From IMG/VR virus record IMGVR_UViG_3300028591_000070, positions 32,001 to 96,000 of that record: a stretch of 64,000 nt of DNA; one strand, given 5' to 3'. This DNA comes from a virus (lineage: Duplodnaviria > Caudoviricetes). The notes under the pieces are model-generated. The model had not been told where the DNA came from. It did not search any database and saw nothing but the letters and a program-made list of their open reading frames with translations. Of this stretch, positions 1-8,617 are shown piece after piece; within the stretch, counting starts at the first letter, position 1; each line of letters starts with the position of its first letter. The translations under genes and the position numbers were made by a program.

Positions 1-1
1 A

Positions 2-1564
2 TTACTAAAAGATGAACAAATAACCTTAAATATAGATGGTTTCGTTATTTCACAGAACCTTCATAATAAAGCCACAGCAACAAGTTTATTTGGTATTACT
101 AATAAAGATAACTTAAATATAGGCCATGACGATAGAACATGGGTTTTAGAGAAAGATATTATTTGTGATACTTGTAATAGATGTGTAGGATGCCAAACTT
201 GCGTAAGCTGTAATAACTGTGTTGATACAGTAGGATGTAATAATAATTGTCAAGGATGCACTGGAAGTTGTACAGGCTGTGCTAGTGGCTGCTATGATAC
301 TTGCTTTGGTGATTGTTATACCTGTCAAGATTGCCAAGCAGGATGTACTTCTTGTAATGCTTGTACAGCAGGATGCGATGGTGGATGTCAGACAGAATGT
401 TATGTCTGTGTAAGTTGCGATGGCTGTGTCGGCTGTAATGGTGATTGCGTTGGTTGTTTTAATGGATGTCAGGAATCTTGTCAAAACTGTACTGGCTGCG
501 CTAGCTGTACTGCTTGTGTATCTTGTCAAACAGGCTGTCAAACAGGTTGCCATGATAATTGTCTAGGAGGATGTACTACTAGTACTACTGGTGCTTGTAC
601 CACAATATGTCAAACACACTGTCAAACTTGTACAGGATGTGATAATAGCTGCCATGGTGGATGTACATTATGTAATGGCTGTACAAGTGGATGTACTACT
701 AGCTGCCATATAGGTTGTCAAACAGGTTGTACAACTGCATGCCAGATGTGTACGGGTGATTCTTGCGCTAATTGCAATAGTTGTAATAGCTGTACAAGCT
801 ATAATGGTGGTTGTCCTTCTGGATATACTATATGTAGTCCTTGTGTAGGAACATATAGCTGTGGTAGTAGCCAAGGTTCAGCATGTTCACCATGTTATGG
901 ATCTAATCACGGTGGTCAAGATACCCCAGAAGATCCAGGGGAAGAACCAAAACAAAAAGAAGTAGACATTAATTGCTTAAACAGAGCCACAGGTGGAACT
1001 GAAGCAGGACTAAATACAGGTTGTCAAACAGCACCATATAATGCAGCAGATATAAAAGAGCCACCAGAGTATAAAGGCCCACCAGCTTGGAATCAATTAT
1101 CAGATCACGATAAAGTAGATAAATATAAAGAGCTTGGATATAAAGTAAATATTAAAGATACACCTGAAGATATTACTGGTATGGAGCTTAAAGCGCTTGA
1201 AGACCTATTCCCAGGAGCAGACCATGTTCAAACTGAATGGGACGAAGAAAGTGGAACCTTTACGGAATATGTGTATGATGAGGAAGGTAATTTATTAGGA
1301 ACTGCTAAATCAAAAGATCGAGGTGAATCATTTGAAGCTGAGTCGGTGCCTAATAAAAAAGGTAATAAAAAGAAAACTACAGGCATTAAAGTAAACAAAG
1401 GTGCAAAACCCCCTACAACTGATATGTCTAAAAAGCACACTAAAGAATATGATAGTGAAGGTAAACCAACAGGAAAAGAAACAGCAGCTGATGGATCAAC
1501 AGAAGTTGAAAACCCAGAAACAGGAGAAAAAGTAAATACTGGTCCTCAACCAGCTGGTTGTTAA
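2..1564 (+). CDS. 5'-truncated protein with long Cys-rich (CxxC/CxxxC) repeat region and acidic/Lys-rich C-terminal domain
   Basis: Hand translation: the frame of ORF 746..1564 is open back to position 2 (LLKDEQITLN...IICDTCNRCVGCQTCVSCNNC...). About 65 Cys between ~167 and ~895. Confidence 0.85.
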   Translation, partial: LLKDEQITLNIDGFVISQNLHNKATATSLFGITNKDNLNIGHDDRTWVLEKDIICDTCNRCVGCQTCVSCNNCVDTVGCNNNCQGCTGSCTGCASGCYDTCFGDCYTCQDCQAGCTSCNACTAGCDGGCQTECYVCVSCDGCVGCNGDCVGCFNGCQESCQNCTGCASCTACVSCQTGCQTGCHDNCLGGCTTSTTGACTTICQTHCQTCTGCDNSCHGGCTLCNGCTSGCTTSCHIGCQTGCTTACQMCTGDSCANCNSCNSCTSYNGGCPSGYTICSPCVGTYSCGSSQGSACSPCYGSNHGGQDTPEDPGEEPKQKEVDINCLNRATGGTEAGLNTGCQTAPYNAADIKEPPEYKGPPAWNQLSDHDKVDKYKELGYKVNIKDTPEDITGMELKALEDLFPGADHVQTEWDEESGTFTEYVYDEEGNLLGTAKSKDRGESFEAESVPNKKGNKKKTTGIKVNKGAKPPTTDMSKKHTKEYDSEGKPTGKETAADGSTEVENPETGEKVNTGPQPAGC

Positions 1565-1567
1565 AAT

Positions 1568-1599
1568 AAAAAAGAGAGGTCTTATGACCTCTCTTTTTT
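1568..1599. terminator. bidirectional rho-independent terminator
   Basis: aaaaaagagaggtc-ttat-gacctctctttttt between convergent genes. Confidence 0.9.
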
Positions 1600-1600
1600 A

Positions 1601-2701
1601 TTATTTTTCCATAAACTTATTACGTTCTATTTTAACATCCAAATCAGATGTTACCAATTCATAATCTTCAGTAATTCTCCAAATATTTTTCATAAAATCT
1701 ATTACATTATTTCCACCAAGACCTCCAACCCAAACATCTGGAAGATGGCCAATACCTTCTGAGAAATTTGAGTCAGGAATAAAATCTCTAGTAGAGAGTA
1801 CCAAACTGAATTTATCTTTTTCAAAAACTATTTGTTTTGGGTCAATTCCTTCTAATAAACCATTTGTATTACTACCAATATAAATAGTTCTTTTATCATC
1901 TTTAAGAGCATAAATAAGACGTTCAGCAGCAGAACCAGTATTGTCAATAAGAACTATAATTTTCTTATATTTTGATTTTTTTATCTTTTCAGCAAAAGCT
2001 AATGCTGGATTTACTTTACCACCAGGGGCATTTAAGAGGTCGATTATCAAATATTCTTTTTTTGGAAGAGATAACTTATCAAATGTATCATTTTTAATAT
2101 GACTATTAAGTTTAATTACATAGGATTTTTTTGTTTCTAATATTGAAATTCCTTTACTAATTTCTTCCATTCCTACAAAATTTAATTTTGCGCCGGAATT
2201 ACCATTCATCCAATCATCACCTTTCCAATTAAACCAACTCCACTCACCAACTCTCCAATCTTTTTCACCATTACTTGGATAATAAAACATAGTTTCATTT
2301 TCAACATAACCTTTTTTCAACAATTCATCTTTTGTGCCATATTCATTTGAAAACTTTACCCATTTGCGATAACTTGGAGACTCAAGCCATTTTCCATTCT
2401 CATCTTTAATACTCAAACCATGATGATTATCAAGTGGCAACCAACCTTTCTCATCATTTGGTCTAAAAAATGACTCAATATATTCAAACATCTCACCATC
2501 AATTTTCATATTATCCAACTGATGAACATCAAAACCTCTCTCCACCATCTCAGGATAAAAAACATAATCAACCAAAGCTAACTCAATCTTTTTAATATCC
2601 TCATCAATATCATCTCTAATTACAGGATGAAGGAGGTCTTCTCCACAAACATTAAAAAGTGCGAAAATTACAAAAAATAAACTAATAATAAATTTCTTCA
2701 T
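1601..2701 (-). CDS. secreted S41-family (tail-specific protease-like) peptidase
   Basis: Signal peptide MKKFIISLFFVIFALFNVCG; motifs IIDLLNAPGG, TGSAAE, IGSNTNG. Start moved to ATG 2701, after a GAGGT SD. Confidence 0.65.
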   Translation of the reverse strand: MKKFIISLFFVIFALFNVCGEDLLHPVIRDDIDEDIKKIELALVDYVFYPEMVERGFDVHQLDNMKIDGEMFEYIESFFRPNDEKGWLPLDNHHGLSIKDENGKWLESPSYRKWVKFSNEYGTKDELLKKGYVENETMFYYPSNGEKDWRVGEWSWFNWKGDDWMNGNSGAKLNFVGMEEISKGISILETKKSYVIKLNSHIKNDTFDKLSLPKKEYLIIDLLNAPGGKVNPALAFAEKIKKSKYKKIIVLIDNTGSAAERLIYALKDDKRTIYIGSNTNGLLEGIDPKQIVFEKDKFSLVLSTRDFIPDSNFSEGIGHLPDVWVGGLGGNNVIDFMKNIWRITEDYELVTSDLDVKIERNKFMEK

Positions 2702-2749
2702 ATCTATTACCTCTATATAGAATATACTTATTATATTAAATTTATTCAA
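2702..2749 (-). promoter_or_regulatory. sigma70-type (early) promoter plus SD
   Basis: TTGAAT-17bp-TATATT-CTATATAGAGGT. Confidence 0.75.
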
Positions 2750-2767
2750 AAAATACTAAATTTTAAT

Positions 2768-3721
2768 ATGGAAACAAAATACTTAGATGTTCATATTATT
2801 TATAGTGATAAAGATAAAAAATATTTACCGAAATTGTTACAACAATACAAAAAATTTAAAATCGAAAATTCTATATATGATTGGGAATTATCATTAAAAG
2901 TTCATAATAATTCTGGAATTAACAATATAGGTCAATTTCAAAGAAGATTAGAAATTATAAAAGATGCGCCTGAAGATCATTATATTTGGTTTATAGATGG
3001 AGATGACGAGATTATTGGAAACGCAAACCTTAAAAATTGCCCAGAAAATGATATAGACATTTATATTTTTGCTTATAAAGGATTTGCTCAGCTTCCATCA
3101 AAAAAAGTAATTGTTGTTGATGAAAAATATTTATTTAAAGATACGTTCTTTAATAAAGAAAAAGGAGATTATTTTTTTGAAGGACCTAGAGGTATGTCTA
3201 ACCTAACACATATAGGTGGTGGGGCATTATGGAATAAATGGATAAAAGTAAAATGTTGGCATAATTTATTTAATTATCTTAAAAATATGAATTATGAAAA
3301 TATTAGACCTAATAGCTCTGAAGATTGTTTTTATAGTTTATATGCCTTAAATAATGCAAACTATATTTTTTATTCAATAAATCCTATATATCAATATAGA
3401 AATGATAGGTCCATAGTATTTAATCCCACAAATAATATTATTAAGTATCAATCATTTTTAAATTTTAGAAAAAACCATAAAGAAGTTACTGAAGCTATAC
3501 GAGGATTAAATATTCCTTATATTGAAGATTTCTTTATAGCTGATAGATGTTGTCACTTAGAAAAAGCTTTATTGTGTGTCGAGATTAAAAAAGCTTTACA
3601 AGATGTTGTAGATGAATTTGGTAAAGAAACAATAATATATGTTTTAGAAAATTATGATGCTAGAGTAAATTCTTGTCACCCTATGGTAAAACATCTTGCT
3701 TATAAATATTTGACTAAATAG
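2768..3721 (+). CDS. glycosyltransferase family 2
   Basis: YIWFIDGDD (DxD), LWNKWIK and SED motifs. Confidence 0.75.
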   Translation: METKYLDVHIIYSDKDKKYLPKLLQQYKKFKIENSIYDWELSLKVHNNSGINNIGQFQRRLEIIKDAPEDHYIWFIDGDDEIIGNANLKNCPENDIDIYIFAYKGFAQLPSKKVIVVDEKYLFKDTFFNKEKGDYFFEGPRGMSNLTHIGGGALWNKWIKVKCWHNLFNYLKNMNYENIRPNSSEDCFYSLYALNNANYIFYSINPIYQYRNDRSIVFNPTNNIIKYQSFLNFRKNHKEVTEAIRGLNIPYIEDFFIADRCCHLEKALLCVEIKKALQDVVDEFGKETIIYVLENYDARVNSCHPMVKHLAYKYLTK

Positions 3722-3724
3722 ATT

Positions 3725-4189
3725 ATGGAAATACAGAAGCAATTTTTACGAAAAGGTAGAGATTATAATAGATCTGGAGCTCAGTTAAGACCTAAACTGA
3801 TTGGTTTATATGAATTAAAAGATAATCTACCTAATATGCTTGCTTCCAATGTGGTTTCACATCAAGATGAAGGCATTACAACTGTTTTTCATTTTGTAGT
3901 AGATGGCAAAGGAAATGTAATTCAAGCTGTTCCTTTAAATGAAAAAGCAAGATTTATGCCAACCTACTATATGAATGAATTGGTTTCTATATTAGTGGTT
4001 CCATCTAATGTAGATGGAAGTTTATCAGATAAACAGTATGAAAGTTTAGTCGAGCTTGTAAAATATATTAAAGCTACTTGTGGATTAAAGGACATTAGAG
4101 AATTAAATATGAGATGTTTTACAGATCCTGATAAATTTAATGAGTTTATATTAGAAACTGAAAATATTAATACAAATGTTCCAAAATAA
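3725..4189 (+). CDS. N-acetylmuramoyl-L-alanine amidase-like protein, probably catalytically degenerate
   Basis: FHFVVDGKGNVIQAVPLNEKA and LSDKQYESLVELVKYI match Amidase_2 patterns; the usual Zn-ligand His residues are not evident. Confidence 0.6.
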   Translation: MEIQKQFLRKGRDYNRSGAQLRPKLIGLYELKDNLPNMLASNVVSHQDEGITTVFHFVVDGKGNVIQAVPLNEKARFMPTYYMNELVSILVVPSNVDGSLSDKQYESLVELVKYIKATCGLKDIRELNMRCFTDPDKFNEFILETENINTNVPK

Positions 4190-5270
4190 ATACGACTTTT
4201 TAATAGTAGGCTCAGGTTTATATGGGCTTACTTGGAATAGGCTAGCACAAGAAAAAGGTAAAAGTTGTCTTATCATAGAAAAAAGAGATAGAATTGGCGG
4301 AAATATAATTACAGAAAACTGGAAAGGAATTCCCATTCATAAATATGGCCCACACATTTTCCATACAAATAACAAAGAAGTTTGGGATTTTGTAAATAAA
4401 AATTGTAAGATTGAATCATATATAAATCAACCTGTTGCTTGGAATAAAAAACTTTATAATTTACCATTTAATATGAATACATTTTATCAAGTCTTTGATA
4501 CAAAAAACATTGATAAAATAAAAGAAATAATTCAAAGAGATATAAAAGAGTCGGGAATTAAAAATCCGAAAAATCTTGAAGAACAAGCTATTTCGATGGT
4601 TGGAACTACCATTTATGAGATACTTATAAAGCATTATACTGAAAAACAATGGGGAAGACCTTGTTCTGAATTACCAGCAGGTATAATTAAAAGATTACCT
4701 CTTAGATGGACTTTTGATAATAATTATTTCAATGCAGATTACCAAGGAATGCCACATTATAATGAATTGGTAGAGAATCTTTCAAAGGGTGCTGATATTT
4801 TAGTTAATACAGATTATTTTTTAGATAAAGAAAAGTTTAATTCATTAGCTGACCGAATAATTTATACTGGACCAATTGATGAGTTTTTTAATTATAAATA
4901 TGGAAAATTAGATTGGCGAACTGTAAGATGGGAAAATGAAGAGAAACATTGCGATAATTTTCTTGGTGCAGCTATAATGAATTTTACTGGGCCTGAAGAA
5001 AAATATACAAGAATTATTGAACATAGACATTTTTATAAAGACCAAAGTAAATTTCCAAAAGAAACCTTAATTTCATATGAATATTCAGAAGAATATGAAG
5101 CTGGAAAAGAAAAATTTTATCCAATAAATGATGAAAAAAATAATAAAATTTTAAGTCTATATCAGAAAGAAATAAGTGATAAATTTATTTTTGGTGGAAG
5201 ATTGGCAGAGTACAAGTATTATGATATGGATAAAGTTATTGAAAAATGTTTTAATGACTTTAAGGCATAA
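4176..5270 (+). CDS. glf: UDP-galactopyranose mutase
   Basis: IVGSGLYG FAD motif, HKYGPHIFHT, YTEKQWG, GRLAEYKYYDMD. Confidence 0.97.
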   Translation: MFQNKYDFLIVGSGLYGLTWNRLAQEKGKSCLIIEKRDRIGGNIITENWKGIPIHKYGPHIFHTNNKEVWDFVNKNCKIESYINQPVAWNKKLYNLPFNMNTFYQVFDTKNIDKIKEIIQRDIKESGIKNPKNLEEQAISMVGTTIYEILIKHYTEKQWGRPCSELPAGIIKRLPLRWTFDNNYFNADYQGMPHYNELVENLSKGADILVNTDYFLDKEKFNSLADRIIYTGPIDEFFNYKYGKLDWRTVRWENEEKHCDNFLGAAIMNFTGPEEKYTRIIEHRHFYKDQSKFPKETLISYEYSEEYEAGKEKFYPINDEKNNKILSLYQKEISDKFIFGGRLAEYKYYDMDKVIEKCFNDFKA

Positions 5271-6021
5271 TTTTAAAAGTATCGAATTTTAATAAATCAT
5301 CATATGTTATAACTTTTTCAATGTGGCTATCTCCTCTATCCATCTCATAATAAGATTTAGCCAATAAAAGGTCATCATAATGTTTCGAGTCTTTATTGAA
5401 CCATCTATCAAATTCATCAAGTAAGTAAGCAGCACCATGCATGTAATCTTTTTCATAATATTCACAAAAATTTAATAATTTATTATAGATAAATGAATTT
5501 TTAAAAAATTCTTCTGATTGGTCATAATCTGAATATATTGCTTGATAACTATATTCTGGATGTGAAATAATTTGTCTACTAAAAAAGCCTTCTCTCAAAT
5601 ATACTTTAAGTGTATCTAAAGACCTTTTTAGAAAAAACTTTGTTGAAGAGTCTAGACTTATAAAAACTGGTGTCCATGTACAAAAATTAATATTACCAGC
5701 ATTCCAAGTTATATAATATGTTGGGATAGTTTTTTTGGGATTTAAATTTAAATCATAAAAAATAGTGTCTGACTCAATGAACCATCCTCCAAGGTGGAGC
5801 ATAAGAAATAATTTATAATATTCATATGTACAGGAATAGTGAATTTTATTTAAAATTTTTTTAATATCAGGCTCAATAGTTTTTTGACAAGCCTTTATTA
5901 AAGCTGAATTTTCATTATAAACATGAATTTCATGACCTAACTCAAGATTTCGATAAACACAAAAACGATTACGATAAGATTTTTTTAGGCAATCATTAAA
6001 ATCAATAACATTAAGGACCAT
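5260..6021 (-). CDS. putative glycosyltransferase (GT32/DXD-like, degenerate)
   Basis: YYKLFLMLHLGGWFIESD resembles the R...L...GGiYlDxD motif; adjacent to glf. Confidence 0.45.
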   Translation of the reverse strand: MVLNVIDFNDCLKKSYRNRFCVYRNLELGHEIHVYNENSALIKACQKTIEPDIKKILNKIHYSCTYEYYKLFLMLHLGGWFIESDTIFYDLNLNPKKTIPTYYITWNAGNINFCTWTPVFISLDSSTKFFLKRSLDTLKVYLREGFFSRQIISHPEYSYQAIYSDYDQSEEFFKNSFIYNKLLNFCEYYEKDYMHGAAYLLDEFDRWFNKDSKHYDDLLLAKSYYEMDRGDSHIEKVITYDDLLKFDTFKIMP

Positions 6022-6048
6022 AGATAAGTTAGTTTCTATGGTCCTTAA
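6011..6048 (-). promoter_or_regulatory. 14-bp perfect hairpin whose loop overlaps a late-type promoter and whose stem sequesters the ATG of 5260..6021
   Basis: ttaaggaccataga-taagttagtt-tctatggtccttaa. Confidence 0.7.
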
Positions 6049-6052
6049 GTTT

Positions 6053-7702
6053 TTACATCAACTCTCCAAAAACACCTCTACCTGGATCAATAACTTCATC
6101 CAAAGGTTCAATGCTTAAGTTTTTAACATCTGAAATAATCGCATCTGCAACTGAAACAAACTGAGTTGTCATATTAGTTGCGTATAAAACTGCATTCTTT
6201 ACGATATTATATGGATCTACAATTCCCTGTTCAATTAAGTTTTCAACCTTACCAGTTCTAGCATTAAATCCAAAGTTTTTATCCTCATGAAGTTCAATAG
6301 CAACCTTTTCGTAAGAGCAGCTTGCAGAGTGTACTAAAATTTTGAGTGGCATTTTAATAGCTTGCATAAGAGCATCATATACAACTTTTTTATCTGAAGT
6401 AGTGTTTTCCAAAAGTTTAGAATATTCATCACCTTCAGCGATTCTATAAAGTGTTGTTCCACCTCCTACTACAAATCCACCATTCAAAGCGTTTCGTACA
6501 GCATTTAAGGCATCATCAACTCTATCTTTACGTTCAGATAATTCCTGGTTTGAGAGAGCTCCAACATAAATAGTTGCAATACCACCTTCAAGTTTAGCAA
6601 TACGAGACTTGATATTTGTGATTTCATCTGAAGAAAGAGCATGAGTTGGATCTTGATGGTCGATCAAACCTTGTAAAGTATCAACGTAATCTTTCTTTCT
6701 ATTCTTATCAGTTGAAGGTTCTGTTACAACTACACTATTTTTTGTAGCAATAATTGATTCGGCATGTCCACATTTATCATAAGACATTTCTTCAAGCTGA
6801 ATTTTTTCACCAATAACTTCTGTATTAAAGATTACTGCTAAATCTTCATTTTCTCTTTGAATAGACTCTCTTGAATAGCCTGGAGTTCTAATAAATACAT
6901 TGTTATCTTTGGCTGCGGTATTTGTGTAAAAAGCCGCAACCTCATCTGAATAATCTGGTGCAATAACAAGAAGATTATGTCCATGCATCAATTGAATAAA
7001 CATTTTAAAATGTTCCAAGTCTTCAACTGGATCTCTAAAAATTGCAACATAAACATCTTCTAAAATACACTGGTCATTTGCAGAATTTACACATTTAGAT
7101 GAGATATAGCCTTTTCCGATTTCACATCCTTTTGAAAGGACAAGCGAACTTTCTCCATAGCGTGACTGCGAGTCTGCATAAGATACAAGACCTTTATCTC
7201 CAATTGAAGTGAAAGCTTGTGTAATAAGATTTGCCATTTCCTCATCACCATTTGCAGAAATAAAAGCTATATCATGAATCTGTTTTTCATCATCAATATC
7301 ACATTTGAAATTTGATAAAAGATTAAAAATAAAATCTCTTATTTCAGTAATACAAGTTCTAATGAGATTTATATCAAATCCTTGGTCAATAAGTCCATTC
7401 ATTGCCTTACACATAGCATATGTCAAAATAGCTGTAGTTGAAGAACCATCACCATTATGATAATTTGCTTTATCAGAAGCTTCTGTTACAAACTTAACAC
7501 CCATATCTTTAAGTTCATCACTTAATTTAATTTTCTTAAGAGCAGTAACACCATCCTTTGAAAGGATTGTATTTGTTCCATTATTATATGCGAATACTTT
7601 TCCTCTAGGACCGAAAGTGTCAATAACAACACCTACTGCAATTCGCATTCCCTCAAGCATTGCTCTACGGGCGTCAAACGATTTTACAACAATATTTCCC
7701 AT
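6053..7702 (-). CDS. groEL: phage GroEL-like chaperonin
   Basis: TFGPRG, SKDGVT, GDGSSTT, RIAKLEGG, ERKDRVDDALNA, GGGTTL, GIVDP. Confidence 0.93.
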   Translation of the reverse strand: MGNIVVKSFDARRAMLEGMRIAVGVVIDTFGPRGKVFAYNNGTNTILSKDGVTALKKIKLSDELKDMGVKFVTEASDKANYHNGDGSSTTAILTYAMCKAMNGLIDQGFDINLIRTCITEIRDFIFNLLSNFKCDIDDEKQIHDIAFISANGDEEMANLITQAFTSIGDKGLVSYADSQSRYGESSLVLSKGCEIGKGYISSKCVNSANDQCILEDVYVAIFRDPVEDLEHFKMFIQLMHGHNLLVIAPDYSDEVAAFYTNTAAKDNNVFIRTPGYSRESIQRENEDLAVIFNTEVIGEKIQLEEMSYDKCGHAESIIATKNSVVVTEPSTDKNRKKDYVDTLQGLIDHQDPTHALSSDEITNIKSRIAKLEGGIATIYVGALSNQELSERKDRVDDALNAVRNALNGGFVVGGGTTLYRIAEGDEYSKLLENTTSDKKVVYDALMQAIKMPLKILVHSASCSYEKVAIELHEDKNFGFNARTGKVENLIEQGIVDPYNIVKNAVLYATNMTTQFVSVADAIISDVKNLSIEPLDEVIDPGRGVFGELM

Positions 7703-7722
7703 AATAAATAATATTAACCTTA

Positions 7723-7758
7723 AACAAAAAGGAGCCGCTTTCGCGACTCCTTTGTTTT
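7723..7758 (-). terminator. rho-independent terminator
   Basis: aaaggag-c-cgc..gcg-a-ctccttt stem with T tract on the minus strand. Confidence 0.7.
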
Positions 7759-7775
7759 AGTTTATCACCTTCTTT

Positions 7776-8597
7776 TTATTTATTTTCCTCAGTTGTTTTT
7801 TCTTCTTTTTTAGAAGATTTCTTTTCTGCTTTTTTAGCTGGCTTTTTGACAGCAGACTTTTTAGCAGGTTTTTTCGCAACTGTTGAATTACCTTCCATAA
7901 TAGCCTTAATTTCTTCGTTGATTTCAGCTTGATGCTTTTCAGCGAGAGCAGCAACTAAAGCTTGTTTCTTGTGGTCTTCTTCTCTTGCTTTTAGAATTCT
8001 TTCATGAGCTTCTTTTGCAGTAAACCAGAAATCTTTACCTTCAATCATGGCATCAATTTCTTCATCAGTCATAAATCCAGCATAAATTTCTCTAGCTGTT
8101 TCTTCAAACCATTTCTGATCAAACTTCAAACGAGCAGTAATTTCATGCCATTTTCCATAGAACATAGCTGACATAGAATGTACCATTACACATGAATGAG
8201 GAGCAAAATCAAAGTTATCTCCTGCCATCATGATTGTCGAAGCTGCTGAACAACAGAATCCATCAATATGCATATTGATAGTTGCAGGACAGTCACACAA
8301 AGCATCGAAAATGTGATATCCGGCATACATAGCTCCACCAAAACAATTGATATGAATATCAACAGTATCAGTTGGGTGGCATTCACTTAAAGCTCTCAAA
8401 AAGTCGATATAATCTTCAATATCTTCAATCTCATTGATTAAATAATAATCTATGTTTTTTGAGCCATCAGGTTGGCTTGTAATTTTCAAAAGTGGGTCAT
8501 CATCATAAGGGTCATCATACATAAAAGGTGCTTTTGCCTTATTAGATGGTGTCTTAAACTTAGTTGTTTCCATCATTGTCTCCATATTTTTAAACAT
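7776..8597 (-). CDS. clpP: ClpP-like (S14) protease with Lys/Ala-rich tail
   Basis: HINCFGG, DGFCCSAAS (catalytic Ser), MVHS (His), DFWFTAKEA; C-terminal KKPAKK repeats. Confidence 0.85.
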   Translation of the reverse strand: MFKNMETMMETTKFKTPSNKAKAPFMYDDPYDDDPLLKITSQPDGSKNIDYYLINEIEDIEDYIDFLRALSECHPTDTVDIHINCFGGAMYAGYHIFDALCDCPATINMHIDGFCCSAASTIMMAGDNFDFAPHSCVMVHSMSAMFYGKWHEITARLKFDQKWFEETAREIYAGFMTDEEIDAMIEGKDFWFTAKEAHERILKAREEDHKKQALVAALAEKHQAEINEEIKAIMEGNSTVAKKPAKKSAVKKPAKKAEKKSSKKEEKTTEENK

Positions 8598-8617
8598 ATA
8601 TAAATATTAACAGAATT

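Noticed and set aside
146-874. Minus-strand Thr/Ala-rich ORFs 146..553 and 668..874
   Set aside because: Antisense shadows of the Cys-rich (TGT/TGC) plus-strand frame.
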